Assembly: GCF_009914755.1 (NCBI RefSeq)
Contig: NC_060936.1
Direction: 5' to 3' (one strand)
DNA: 64,000 nucleotides
Origin: the human T2T-CHM13v2.0 reference genome, Homo sapiens
This document shows, piece by piece, positions 28,561 through 42,136 of this stretch. The notes under the pieces are model-generated. The model saw nothing but the letters and a program-made list of their open reading frames with translations, was not told the DNA's origin and did not search any database. Numbering within the stretch: position 1 is the stretch's first letter; each line of letters starts with the position of its first letter. A program made the translations under genes and the position numbers.

Positions 28561-29473
28561 CAAATTCTTAAAAATAATAGTGCCCACCACTAATTTGTAG
28601 GCACAACCTAGACACAGCACTCAACCTCAGTTGTCACAGAACTCTGCCTACACCTGAGAATTGCCACAGAAATGCAAGGAAGTCCCCAGCAAGGTGTGTT
28701 AGAGTGCTGCATCCCAGAGCAGGAGGGAGAAGGCTGGGGAGAGGAAGGAAAGTGCTGAACAACATGTGCTGTGGGGGAAGATGCTGCCCTGAGCTACTTA
28801 AGGGCAGAGAGCTTGCCTCCAGCTTCCTTACTGTCTCCGCATCCTCGTCCAGCCTCAGAAGAAAACACTAAGAAGTGGCCTTCTGCAAGGACATGCCCAC
28901 CAGAGCAAAGGGCAGTTGAGAATGGTCTCCTGGGGCAGCCCATACACCAATCAATGGAAGTAATTTCCAAGTTGTCATTCCTCAACAATACATTTACTGT
29001 GATGGGGACGATGAAGTTAAAAAACTGAAAGAAAAAGCAAACTGGATTTCCCTCCCCTTTGGCCTATAGATTCAGCTCCTCCCAAGACAGCAAAAGCAAC
29101 ATCTTTTCCTCCCATCCCCCACAGGCAGCCCTCATACTGAGGAGTGTAAAGACGACAACTGATTCTTCCCATGCTGAGCTGGGAACTTCACAGGTCTCAT
29201 TCTGAATCCCACTAGCCACAGGAAACCTTAAAGCTTGTCATTAGAGCAGCCTTGCACACTAAAAAAGAAAAATACCAGCTTTCTTCACAGAGAAGCACAT
29301 GGAAGTCACTCGATGCAATGAGAGGACACCCCACAGTGATCAACCTAAGTGTATGGGTCCTGGAGGTTTAAGGGAAACCTGTTCTTGGTGACACAGTTAC
29401 CTGTAGGGCTGTCAGATCTCAGCCCCCACCAACCTTCCTTGCCCGTTGTATTCCAAGGGACTGAATCATGAAT

Positions 29474-29632
29474 TTGTTTATTTAGAGACAGGTCTCACTC
29501 AGTCGCCCAGGCTGGAGTGCAATGGTGTAATCATAGCTCACTGCAGCCTTGACCTCCTGGCCTAAAGCAATCCTCCCACCTCAGCCTCCTGAGTAGCTGG
29601 GACTACAGGTACATACCACCACACCAGGCTAA
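29474..29632 (-). mobile_element. AluJ right arm / FRAM
   Basis: TSD actgaatcatg. Confidence 0.85.
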
Positions 29633-30421
29633 CTGAATCATGGGTTTAAACAAACCACCTTGGTAGACACAAGGCCTCTGGTTTGTGTTCCCTGGGGCAT
29701 CTGGTGGCAGGAGAAGTTGTTTTAGTGACTGTCCTTACAGTGATGATCCCTGATCTTGGCCATTTCCCTGCATATGCCTCTAACATGAACCTATGACCCT
29801 GATGATACAGGCTCCCTGGGTTTGCTCGTCTGTCTCCCTTGAACTGTTAGCTCCTTGACAGCAAGACTCTCTTATTTGTTCGGGCCTGACACTCCATGGA
29901 GGCTCAGCATGAGCCAAGTGAATAATGCACAGGAGCACTGACTTTGATCTGCCCAAGGCCTGACATCGTCAAGACTGCAGCCCAGCTAAGGTGAAAATGC
30001 TGGTCCAGAGAGAGCTGCTGAAGGCCCAGAGTGCCAAGAATCCTCAGCTCACAAAGTCTCAGGCTCCTGCTGGCCAGCGGAGGCTGGGCTTGGCCTCTGT
30101 GGGTGCTGTCAGGACCCTGTGGCTTGGCTCTGGGACCCTGGGGCCAGCCCTTCTTCCCTTGGCCCTCAACCTCACTGGGACCATTCATTGTTTCAGCTGT
30201 AAAAACACTGGACCTGCATTCCAGAAGCCCAAATTTTGGCTCTGCAACTAGCCAGCTTGCCATGGGACTTTGGACAAGTCACTTCTTTTCTTAGGCCTCA
30301 GTTTTCCAGTGGGTTAGGTGTAAAGGTTGGCCTAGATGACTTCTTGCATCTCTCCAAGTCCACAAGAACCTTCTTTTAAGCAAGAGGCACCCAATGCCTC
30401 AGAATTCCTCTAGGCTCTACC

Positions 30422-30771
<350 letters not shown>

Positions 30772-30841
30772 CTGGCTCTACCTTTAGAACACATCTGGGG
30801 CCCAACAGGCTCGCAGCCCCCACACACCCGCTGCCTCTCCC

Positions 30842-31343
30842 TGTCAGGCCTCTGAGCCCGAGCCAAGCCATCGCATCCCCTGTGACTTGCACCTATACGC
30901 CCAGACGGCCTGAAGTAACTGAAGAATCACAAAAGAAGTGAATATGCCCTGCCCCGCCTTAACTGATGACATTCCACCACAAAAGAAGTATAAATGGCCG
31001 GTCCTTGCCTTAACTGATGACATTCCACCACAAAAGAAGTGAAAATGGCCGGTCCTTGCCTTAAGTGATGACATTACCTTGTGAAAGTCCTTTTCCTGGC
31101 TCATCCTGGCTCAAAAAGCTCCCCCACTGAGCACCTTGCGACCCCCACTCCTGCCCGCCAGAGAACAAACCCCCTTTGACTGTAATTTTCCTTTACCTAC
31201 CCAAATCTTATAAAACAGCCCCACCCCTATCTCCCTTCGCTGACTCTCTTTTCTGATTCAGCCCGCCTGCACCCAGGTGATTAAAAGCTTTATTGCTCAC
31301 ACAAAGCCTGTTTGGTGGTCTCTTCACACGGACACACATGAAA
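30842..31343 (+). mobile_element. Solo LTR7 (HERV-H LTR), 502 bp
   Basis: Starts tgtcaggcctctgagccc and ends ggtctcttcacacggacacacatgaaa; 5-bp TSD ctccc (30837-30841 / 31344-31348); TATAAAA about 31209; ATTAAA 31280-31285. Confidence 0.95.
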
Positions 31344-31349
31344 CTCCCT

Positions 31350-31920
31350 ATTGCAATTGTTTCCCCACAATCACCCAGCTTCCTCCCTTCCTCCCATCCA
31401 GCCTGCTCTCATCACCATAGCCAGAAACCATCCTTTTAAAGCACAATTCGGATCCTGACCCTCTACTGCTCAAACATTTCCGAAGCTTCAGGTCACTCAG
31501 AGTCAGGGCCAAAGTCCTGATACAGCCTGCAAAGCCCTGATCTAACGGGGCCCTCAATATTCTCTGACCTCCTCCCCTGCTTCTCTTCCCCTCATTCACT
31601 CACTCCAGTTTCCTGAACATCCTGGACAAGCTCCTGCCTCAGGGCCTTTCTCCCTGAGCTACCATCCTGGCTCACTCCTCACCTCCTTCAGGTCTTCGCC
31701 TAAATGTCCCCAACTTGGGAGGCCTTCCTTTCCCCTGCTTCTGCAACTCTGATCACCATCTGATGTGCTTACAGGTTTTACTGACTATTTTCTATCGAGT
31801 GTCTACCCCCACTAGAATACAAGCCCCAGGAGGGCCAGAAGTTTTTAACATTTTATCACGTCTTTATGCCCAGCTCCTAGAATAGTAGGTACTCACTAAA
31901 TACGTGTGGAATGAATCGCT
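31350..31920 (+). mobile_element. L2 fragment
   Basis: ctcctgcctcagggccttt...cctagaatagtaggtactcactaaatacgtgtggaatgaat. Confidence 0.7.
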
Positions 31921-32782
31921 GCTGATCCACTGAGGGGTCAATCGTGCTGCTGAAATGAAGAGTCAAGCTATTCAACCCCCTGGCTTGAATGGCGCCATCT
32001 CAGGAACCCCTCAGAGAATTCCAAGCTCTGTACACTGTCTCCAGGAACAAAAGCGATTGTCCCAGGCAGGGTTCACATCTCAGGAAGTGTGTGAAGAAAC
32101 AAAGAAAGGAAGTGACACAGGGGACACAGATCCAGAAAGCTCCTGCTGACGACACCTGGTTACCGGGAGGCATGAGGGCTCAGCGCATACGGGAATGCCT
32201 CCAGGCACCTGGAGTGCTGAGCCGTCATGCCTCCAGCTGCCTCCCTGCAGGTGGGATGAGGTCATCAATGTGAGTGCACTGGATACCCACCATGGAGAAG
32301 TACTGGAAATGAACCGAAGACAGGGGCTCTGTACTAGAGCCAAGGGAAGGCAGAAACGAGAGGAAGAAGGAAAAGAAAGGTGGTGAGAAAGAGTTTCCCA
32401 TGCTGAGAACCTGCAGGCAGAGATGTAGAGAAACCCCCAGCCCCAGACCACCACTGACCAAGACAGCAGGGCACCCGGCCTCACATGCCCTCAGGTAGGC
32501 CAGGCCAGCTTCCTTCCTGGCCCTGCCTGTCCTGAAGAGCACAAGTGAAACAGACCCATGCCCATCCCCCTGCAAGCATGGTATGCCTGCGCAAACCTCA
32601 ACAAGTGACCAAAAGCATCGCCCAGAAACAATCGTCTTGCCACAGGCCCCCTGCTTCTTCTCTTCACCCCAGATAGCCTGCTCTCAACACGGCAGCCAGA
32701 AGACATCCTTCTGAAGCACAATTCGACACAAGCCAGAGGAATGCAGGCTTCTGCCACCTTGTTGAAAGTAAAATACATTCTG

Positions 32783-32940
32783 GGCCAGGTGTGGTGGTGT
32801 GCACCTGTAGTCCCAGCTACTCAGGAGGCTGAGGTGGGAGGACTGCTTAAGCCCAGGAATTCAAGGCTGCAGTGAGCCATGATCACACCACTGCACTCCA
32901 GCCTGGGTGGCAGAGCAAGACTCCATCTCTAAAATAAGTA
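32783..32940 (+). mobile_element. FRAM / AluJ right arm
   Basis: ggccaggtgtggtggtgtgcacctgtagtccc...gactccatctctaaaa. Confidence 0.85.
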
Positions 32941-35900
32941 AATAATTCCTTTAAAAAAAAAAACAGGAAGAAAAGAAAGTACATTCTCAGGAAGACATGC
33001 TGCATCAGAGCAAACAAGGCAAATGCAGGGGTCAGTCCCCAGAGCTCCGGGGAACAGGAAGAAGAGGAGACTGAGAAGAGCCAGCAATTTCTGGCTAAAG
33101 CCCTGCGTACTGAGCAGCGTCAGGTGTGTGTCAAAGAACCATATCAATAAACAAAATGTAGATGGGAGCAGTCAGGAGGGGCACAGGTGACAGAACTGGC
33201 CAGGGCATGACATGGGTCATCAGATTGTGCCCAGATCTCTACCAAGCTCTGTGGGGACAGCAAAGGAGCTGAGGAGGAGCTCTCTGTGGACTTCAGGGCA
33301 GCATCTTTGCTCCAGGGCATGAGGGCACTCAGCCCTCTACTTCCTCTCCATAACCTCCCCATGCTCTGGGCTCTCTGGGCAGCCTTCTAACATGCGAGAC
33401 TTATCACAGACCTAAACCTCACAGGGACGGACAGGCCTGCATTCCCATGTGGGACTAGGGCTGCCTGAGAGGAGGGACTAGGAAGCAAGGCCCTCGCTGC
33501 AGGTAGGGCTCTGCTGCTGCTACGGATGGAGATAAGTCCCTTCTTCACCTGGGATGGGACTTCATCCAAGGGGCTGGAGGTGGGGATGGGGGTACAGCAT
33601 GGGGAGGTGGGGACGTGCCCTGGAAAGTCTGTGTCATTGCTGCTGTGGTCTGAGGCCCTGCCCATGTCATGAGCTCTCTTTCTCCTCAGGAGACAGTGAC
33701 CTTTTGAGGCCTGTCACAGAGACAATGGCAGGAAGTGCCCCTCCCTGCCTGAGCCACGGGGAGTCCGGAAGGAAGCCACTGCCTGGGCCCAGGACCCTCC
33801 CCGCTGAGCTCTTGCCCAAGGGACACTGAAGCTCATGGCAATGCCAGAAGCTCTGCTCACCAATGCCGAATGGCAAACATCTTCAACTGTGAGGGCTAAG
33901 GGCAAATATTCTCCTTGGCTGGGACCCTCCTCTTTAAGGCAGACCCCTACTGTGAAAGACAGCCAGGCAGTAGGAGACACAACCCCAGCTACCCCACCCA
34001 CCACCTGCCACCCCCACCTTCTGGAAGGAAGGGCTCTGGATTCCTCCACAGCAAGGAGCTTTTCTAAAAATAAACCCTGGTCCTTGAGCCCTTTCCTTCC
34101 TCAGTCCCTTGTGGAGGAGAGAGGAGAAGGAAAGATCTCGTTCTTAGCGAACCCCAGGGAGTGTGGCCTCCCTCCACCCCATGACTCTCGCTACCAGGGC
34201 CCGGTGGTCACTATGCCACAAACTCCCAAGCAGGGTGCAGAGGCATGGAGGGGGCAACCCTAATCATCCTCACATGGGGCCTGCCATTTTCTAGGGGAGG
34301 GTTTTGGGAAAAGCAGGTGGTACCAGCTCTCTAGTCCAGGATCTGGGGGGAAAGGATGGCACCCAAAGGCAAGTCTCCCACATTACAAGGTTCCCAGGTC
34401 AACAGCAGACACAGACACTTACTGAAATATTTCAGGGAAAATGATGCCAAGAATTCTGAGGTCCAAGCAGTATGCCGTGACAGCACAGAGGGAGGAAGGA
34501 GAGGCTAATGCGGACCCAGGCCTTGCAAAGAAATTTAGAGGAAAGGAGCTGTTTGAAATGGGCTTGGAAGGTGAAACAGGAACCTGACAGGTAGAGGTGG
34601 GAAGAGGGAATTTCAGGATGCTGGAACTGCATAAGCAAAGCGCAGAGAATGTACCAGCATATAAACTAGACGCGGGCAGGGATGCCTGTCTGTTTTGTTC
34701 ACAGTGGCGTCTCTGGCAACTGGAATGGTCCCTGGTGCAAACTAAGTAACAATAAATACTTTATGGACAAATGAGTGGAGCAGAACAATTCCTGAAGACA
34801 TTTTAGGTCTAAGTGAAGACCTTCGGATGAGGTGAGCTGCAAGGCCATGGTCTCTGCAAAGCCACTGCACTCTGGAATGCAGTTGTTAAGAAGGAATAGA
34901 ACCTCCTTCCTGTAAGAAAGGAGACAGGAGACCAAGGCTGTGTTGAAGCAGCGTCCCTCAGAGCAATGTCAGTGCTCAGGCCATGCAGGGCAGAAGAGCT
35001 CTCACCGGGCCCTGCCTCGACTTGGCAGCCAAGACCTTTGGCAACAGGACAACCACGAGGCCCCAACCCCGCAGAACCCGAGTGACCCCTGGAGAAGCTG
35101 CAAGTCAGGGCTGAGTGTTACTATGTGCCCTCCCCTACATCCACTCCCAGTAGCTGGGACACCTTGGAAAGTGAATTAAAACAAAACAGAAAAACAAAAA
35201 ATACAACATAGCACTCTCTCTTCTTAGCACTTGGAGGCCTTTTCACAGCAACTGAAAAGAATGAGCAATTAGAGAAGATAACAGTCCACGGTGCCAGCCT
35301 GGAACTACGGAGCCACAGAGGCAACTTAAGAGGCCCCATCACAACGTGCCCTATCTTCCCAGCAAGGATGAGGGCATCCGGAGAAGGGAAGGGACTTACC
35401 CGAGATCAGACAGCAAGTAACAGTTGAGCCTGGGCTGAACCAAGGGCCCTGTGAGTCACAGGCCAAATTTGAAAAACCAAGCCATGTGCTTCCAGGTCTA
35501 GACTCGGGGTCCAATCCCAATCCCACCACTGACTAGCTGTGCAACCTGGAGCTGATATCTGCCATCTCTGAGCCTCGGCTTCCTGTGTAAAAAGGGACCC
35601 TAACAGGCACTGCTCATGGTTACTGTGGGACTTAGCCCCATGCAGCAGGGGCTGGGTACATTAAACCTACCCCCACCAGCATCCTCACCTCAGCTTTGCT
35701 AGCTTCCCTTGATGGAACATCCATCCTCCGTGCCTCCAAAGCTGAAACTAGCCAATGAGTGAACAGGAGAAGGGTTCATCAACATTTAGGAAAAAAAGAA
35801 GGAAAAATCACTTTACCTCCTGTTCCACCCAACAAAGGCCTTGGCATGGAAAATGGGGCCAAGGCCAGGGATTGTGCCTGAGACAAAGAAATACGAAATG

Positions 35901-36510
35901 GAAAGAAGCTTGGGAGGCCAGGGGCTCCTGCTGCCAGCTGGGGGTGGGAGGGGAGAGACTGCTACTCCCTGGGCCATTCAATCTCTAGACCTGGCACTCC
36001 CTGAGACTCAAGACAGAGGCTCAGGCCCACCCTCCACTCAGCCTTGGCTTCTCACTGTACATCCAGAGGGATGGTGCATTAAAAACCACACTCATGCTTG
36101 TTTCTGGGCCACTGACCATGACTTGCGGGCAGCTGAGCAAGGCAGCAGCCCAGCCTCTGCTCTCTGCCAAAGCCAGCGAGTAGCCAGAGCCTGAGCTTCC
36201 CAGCCAAGGCACAGAAGAAGCATAACTCCTGCCTGTCCTCTTCCATGTACTAAGGGTAGAGCAGGCCAGGCTAAGCCTCAAGAGCAAACAGAAAAGAGCC
36301 ACTCTGGGGTGCTCTATAAACAGGAGAATAGCAGCCGTTGGGGCCTCAAAGGCTGACCCAAGCAGTTTTTATCCTATTTGGAATCGAAAGCTACCAGAGG
36401 CAGAACATCGGTCTTTCGTATTTAGTGAAAAGAAGTCAATATTTGCAAAAGCGTAATCAATAAATACAATCTACCCCACATTAATCAGATAAAGTCAGGT
36501 TTATAGTGTC

Positions 36511-36792
36511 TTTTTAAGAGACGGGGTCTCACTGTGTTACTCAGGCTGGAGTGAAGTAGTGCGACCATGGCTTACTGCAGCCTCGAACTCCTGGGCTCAA
36601 GTGATCGTCCTACATCAGCCTCCCCAGTAGCTGGGACTATAGGCATGTGGCACCTCACCCAGTTAATTTTTTTTTTCAGAGATATGCAGTCTCACTATGT
36701 TGCCGAGGCTGTCTTGAAATCCTGGCCTCCAGTGATCCTCCTGCCTTAGCCTCCCAAAGTGCTGGGATTACAGGTGTGAGCCACTGCGCCCA
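36511..36792 (-). mobile_element. AluJ
   Basis: Dimeric Alu about 135 bp from the 36927 donor. Confidence 0.9.
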
Positions 36793-36926
36793 ACAATAGT
36801 CCGGTTTTTAGGGGAAAAGGGAAACAGCAATAAAGTCTCCGTACCCTCAAACTCCAAAGGCCAGGGTGGCCTGCAGGGCCTCAGCTCTGGGAAGTAGGGT
36901 GCTACTGCACAGGTGGACGGCCTTAC

Positions 36927-37030
36927 CTGTGGGTCTGAGAAGGCTCCACTGATGTCCCTGTCAAAGGAGGAGAAATGGGTCCCTAGGCTCACAGAAGGTT
37001 GTTGAGGACCAGGACACACGTGCCAGCATC
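36927..37030 (-). other. PITPNM2: Spliced, probably non-coding (5' UTR) exon of a minus-strand gene, 104 nt; tentatively PITPNM2
   Basis: Minus-strand acceptor ctcctctcccattgtgcttctccctgcag|G and donor CAG|gtaagg in unique sequence. A second internal acceptor (ttctcctcctttgacag|) would start at 36957. Gene name is from recollection only and was not checked by alignment. Confidence 0.55.
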
Positions 37031-38129
37031 CTGCAGGGAGAAGCACAATGGGAGAGGAGGTGAGACACCTGGACTCTGATCACTCCACACCAATCCAACT
37101 GGGAGACCCACAATGCCGATGGACCAAGAGGATTGAACAGGGGACATCTGACTAAAGGTGTCTCCATTTTACAAAGGGACCCAGCCCAGGACGATTCAGG
37201 AAGCAAGTGTCTAACTCAGAATTGGTGACAGATACACCCCAACATTGCCCGGCACCCCTTCTACTTAGGAAAACTGCTCAGGGAGTGGGAACTGAGACCA
37301 CCAGCACACACCATAAGCCATCCTATTTTCAAAGGCCCCTGGAGCTCTGTCTCAAACCTTGATTTTTCACTCATGAACCCCACTGGGATTGGAGGACTTC
37401 AGACCGCAGAGAGGAGGCTGGAAAATGAGGTAATGCAGGAAGAAGAGTGGGAGACACAGTCCGAGAGGATGGCGTCCTGATGCCGGGACAGGGGCATGGT
37501 CATATTGTGGGGTGATGCAAATGGCTTCCAGCCTTCCAGCAAGCCCCTCCAGCTGGGCAGAGTGTGATCTGACTACCCAGAGGCCAGAGACAAGCATTCA
37601 AAACAAAATGAAAAAGGTGGAGAAATGGATTTCCAAAGAGTCGCAGGTCCAACAGCCTCAGAGATGACAAAGTCTTCACAGGTACCACTGAAGCCACTAC
37701 CCAACCCAGGGCTCCTACAGGGACCACAGACAAGCCGGGTAGCCCACCTCGCAGCTCAACACACATTCTTGTTTGCCTGACACACATACAAGCCTCCTGA
37801 CCCTGGGCCCAGAGAGCAGGTAGCAGCCTACAGGGCTCTCCAATGACCATGACAGAGAGGCTGCTTATCTGCTGGCTATGGAAGCTGGGAGTGTTTCAGG
37901 AACTGATGCCCAATTCCAGGGCAACCCTGCTTTAGGAGCTGAGGACAGGCATGGTGGGGGTCTCCTCAGACACCAGTCCATGCCCGCTAGGGGCAAGCAC
38001 AGCCCTAACAAAGGGAAATGGAATGGTGGCTGGGGATGGCAAAGTTATCAACTGCCAAGTGAACGGCCAGACAGAGGAGGGAGAGTGGAATTGGGGAGGT
38101 GTGAAGATAGCTAGCAATACACAGCAGTG

Positions 38130-38620
38130 GGAGGTGTGGCTGCAGGGAGCGGGCGGCTCTTCCAACCCCGCCACCGCCACCGCGTCCTGCATGCCCACCC
38201 CCGTGCAGGCTCCTCTGTGGGACTGAGGCTCCATCGCTGTCCTGCCCCAGCCCCTTGTCTCCACGGCTGCATGTACACACCCACATACACACTCAACCCC
38301 CGGAACAGATGAAACAGCCCAGGCACCCACAGCAGAGTGGATGCAGGTCCCAGCCCTCCCAGTGACCATGAGCAAGCTGGCCTTCCAGCCTTGCCTCTAC
38401 ATGCCACCGTAGGCCACAGTTGAGGCCAGCAACTCTGAAGTCTCCCCATGTTCGAGGTGAGGAAAGCTGTTGAGAGGGTTGAGGGTTTGCCATGGTAACG
38501 CACCCATCAATGGCGAGCCAGATTTGGTAGACCAGCCCCGCTCCAGCCCACCACAATGCTTCTCGGCGGGTGAGAAGGGCAGTGGTGACTCACACCCCAC
38601 AGAATTAGATCCACAGGGGC
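38130..38620. promoter_or_regulatory. CpG-enriched enhancer/promoter candidate
   Basis: Near-perfect X-box TTTGCCATGGTAAC 38486-38499; AP-1 TGACTCA about 38586; GC boxes at 38150-38185. Confidence 0.45.
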
Positions 38621-39054
38621 TATGAGAAAAAAGCACTCTCAGAACGCAAAGAGAGGCACTGCAGGGAATTATGTTTCTGACTAAAAGTATTAAAAGTGAA
38701 AAAAGTGAATGCAGGGTCAGGCTAAGGAGCCAACCCAGTAGGCAGCTACTTGGGGAACAGACCTCTAGGGGCAGGGGGCTCAAAACATCCCTGGAAAGAA
38801 ATTAAAATGTGCTGCTGGCTAACTCAGTTTTCCTCCAGTGACCCCTCACATAAATGGTAAACAGTGAATCTGTCCACTGCCCTAAGGGGACATGGAAAGT
38901 CACAATAAAACACAATTCCTTGCTGGGGTTTGTTGCATGTAATGTACGTTCCATACACACGTAGTCACAGTCCTGGAGGGGAGCAGGGCATCCAAGACCA
39001 AATAATACATCGTGTTGCTGTTTCCCAGGAACAAATGTCATTTCATTCCTTTAA

Positions 39055-39379
<325 letters not shown>

Positions 39380-39914
39380 TAAATCTTCAATATACTGCTT
39401 GAATGATTTGGAAAACTGCAGGGGAAAGAAAAACAAAACAAAAAGATACCTTAGGGGACAAGAACAACAGAAGTCAGAATTGCTTTCCTAAAAAATTTTC
39501 AGATCCCTGACTCTGTTTCAGTCCAAGAAAGTGAATTAGCAAGTGAATCTGTTTCTCTATATGATTCCTATTAATAGAATATCAGTCTCTCCTCATCCCC
39601 ACTAAATAAATGTCAAACAAACACTTAAAGAATACCAGTTTGATGGGGTGCCAGCTACTAGCCTGCCCAGACGTCCACACGTCTCAGGCTGGCCCTTGTG
39701 GAAAGTGTAAGTTCCAAATGAGTGGGTAGTGCTGCCGAAGTTAAACACTGCTGTCTCCAGCCTCCGTTGACATGGCGACTGTGAGGCAGGTGGCTAAGGA
39801 ATGGGTAGAGAGAGACCCATACGTATGGTAGGTGGAACCACGGCAAACTGTCCAGAGTGCTGACAACAGACCATGCATGGCCTTTGACTCCATCTGGAGG
39901 CATGGTTCCTAATT

Positions 39915-40755
39915 TTTTTCAATTTAGATATAATTCACACACCATAAAACCCGCCCTTTTAGCCAAGTGCCATGGCTCATGCTTGTAATCCCAGCACTTA
40001 GAGAGACCAAGGCAGAGGATCATTTGAGCTCAGGAGTTCAAGACAAGCCTGGGCAACATAGTGAGACCCCCCATCTTTACAAAAATTCATAAATTAGCTG
40101 GGTGTAGTGGCACATGCCTGTAATCCCAGCTACTCAGGAGGCTGAGTTGGGAGGGTAACCTGAGTCTGAGAGATCAAGGCCGCAGTGAACTGTGATCACA
40201 CCACTGCACTCCAGCCTGAGTGACACAGCAAGACCATCTATAAACCCAACAAACCCCCCCACCCTTTCAAAGTATATAGGTCTACGGTTATTAGTCTACT
40301 TACAATGTTGTACAACCATCACCACTATCTGATACCAGAACATTTTCATCACCCCAAAAAGAAAACTTGTACACATAAGCAGTCACTTCCCATCCTCCCC
40401 TCCTCCCTGCCCCTGGCAACCACTAATCTTTCTGCCTCTATGGGTTTGCCTATTCTAGATACTTCACATAAATGGAATCATATAATATGTATCCTTTTGT
40501 GTCTGACATCCTTCACTTAGCATAATGTTTCTGAGGTTCACCAATGTTATAGCATTTGTGTCGGTATTTCATTTCTTGTTATGATGGAGTAATATTCCAT
40601 TATATACACTACATCTTGTTTATCCATTCATCCATCGATGGACATTTGGGTTGGTTCCACCTTTTGGCTATTGTGAATAAATGCTACTGTGAACATCGCT
40701 GTACAAATTTTTGTGTGAACATTTATTTTCAATTCTTTTGGGTATACACCTAGTT
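39915..40755 (-). mobile_element. L1MB-type fragment interrupted by AluJ (39961-40240, plus)
   Basis: ttgtacaaccatcaccactatct...gatggacatttgggttggttccaccttttggc. Confidence 0.85.
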
Positions 40756-42073
40756 ATTCCTAATTTTTTAATAAGATAACATCACTTAATTTAAGACAAG
40801 TAATGCATCTGTATTTTGAAAACCTTCAAAACTCAAAAGGATAAAATGGTTAGAGGGTGAGAGTAAGTTTCTCTCTTGTCCCTGTTCCCCAGCACCCAGT
40901 TCCCTGCCCAAAGGCAAATTCCAGTTTCTGGCGAATCCTCCCAGAGACCGCCTATACATATACACCCTGCTTTATTTTAAAGACAGCTTGCATGGGAGGA
41001 ACCTGGCAACTAGATCAGGCCGGAATCAGGCTGGAATCAGCCCAGTAACGCCAGGAAATGAGCACAGTCCAAGTGCCATTTCTCCCCTTTGTCCCAGTGT
41101 GCCCCTTGGAAAGCCATGTAGCCTAGAAGAGGCCACGGAACTGGGTGGCAAGAGGAGTCCTGGAGGTAGGTAGGTTCTGAAATGTGGTCCTCCATTTCCC
41201 AGCTATGAGGCCTCACTCAAGCAAGCTGCTTAACCTCTCTGGGACTTGGTTTCCCTATCTAAAAAAGAAAGTGGATACTGGTACCTAATTCATAGAATGG
41301 CTGAAGAGTCGATGAGCTAAAGAAAGCAAGTGCTTAGCACCATGCCTGGCACACAGTAAGTGCTCAGTGTTTTGCTGCCGCTGTGATTACTACCGCTGCT
41401 TCACCTCACTGAGCTGATCTTCAGCTTCCTCCTCCGGAAAATGAAGGAAGGCACCTCCCAGGCACAGTTACGGTGTAGACCCGAGATCCCTGCATGAGGG
41501 CCAGGCGTGCTACAGCCTCTGAGCAGTGGGGACTCAGGGAAAGTCAGGTGGCTGAGATGTGTCTCCAGCTCCCTGCATGCTGCTCCAGGCCCTTCTGAGG
41601 CTGGGTCTCCATCCTCTCACCCGCCCACCTCCCTGTATTCTCCCAAGAACAGCTCTGAACCCTCCACCATTACCCACCCTCCCACAGGCCAAGAGGAGGA
41701 GCTGGCATCATGGACCCCATGCCTTGGGCAGGCTGGCTGGCTGGATTTCTTATTTTATGACCCTACTCCCCCTCCCTTCCATCTTCTTCAACAAACACTG
41801 TACTCTGGAGCTGAGCTTCTCTTTCAGAAGCCCAGATTATTGGAGGCAGCAGGGAAACCCTCAGAGACGTTCAAAGTGGAGAGACCTCCAGTGAAGGTGG
41901 AAGCATTTGCAGGGCCATTAAAAGACTGTTAGGAGCGATTTTTCTCTCTGCTGGCAAGTGGCAAAAGCAGAGCCCAAAGAACAAAACCCAGACCTGGGAA
42001 AGCAGAGCAGGGGAAGAGAAACTGAACAAGCCTTGCTGAACCATGCAGAAGTTGATGGAGGGAAAAAACCCAA

Positions 42074-42136
42074 TACGCGCGCGCACACACACACGCACAC
42101 ACACACATGCACACACACACACATACACACACGCAT
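42074..42136 (+). repeat. (CG)n(CA)n alternating purine-pyrimidine tract
   Basis: tacgcgcgcgcacacacacacgcacacac... Confidence 0.9.

Noticed and set aside
30956-31075. Regularly spaced repeats resembling a CRISPR array
   Set aside because: Head-to-tail LTR7 U3 duplication without unique spacers, in eukaryotic DNA.
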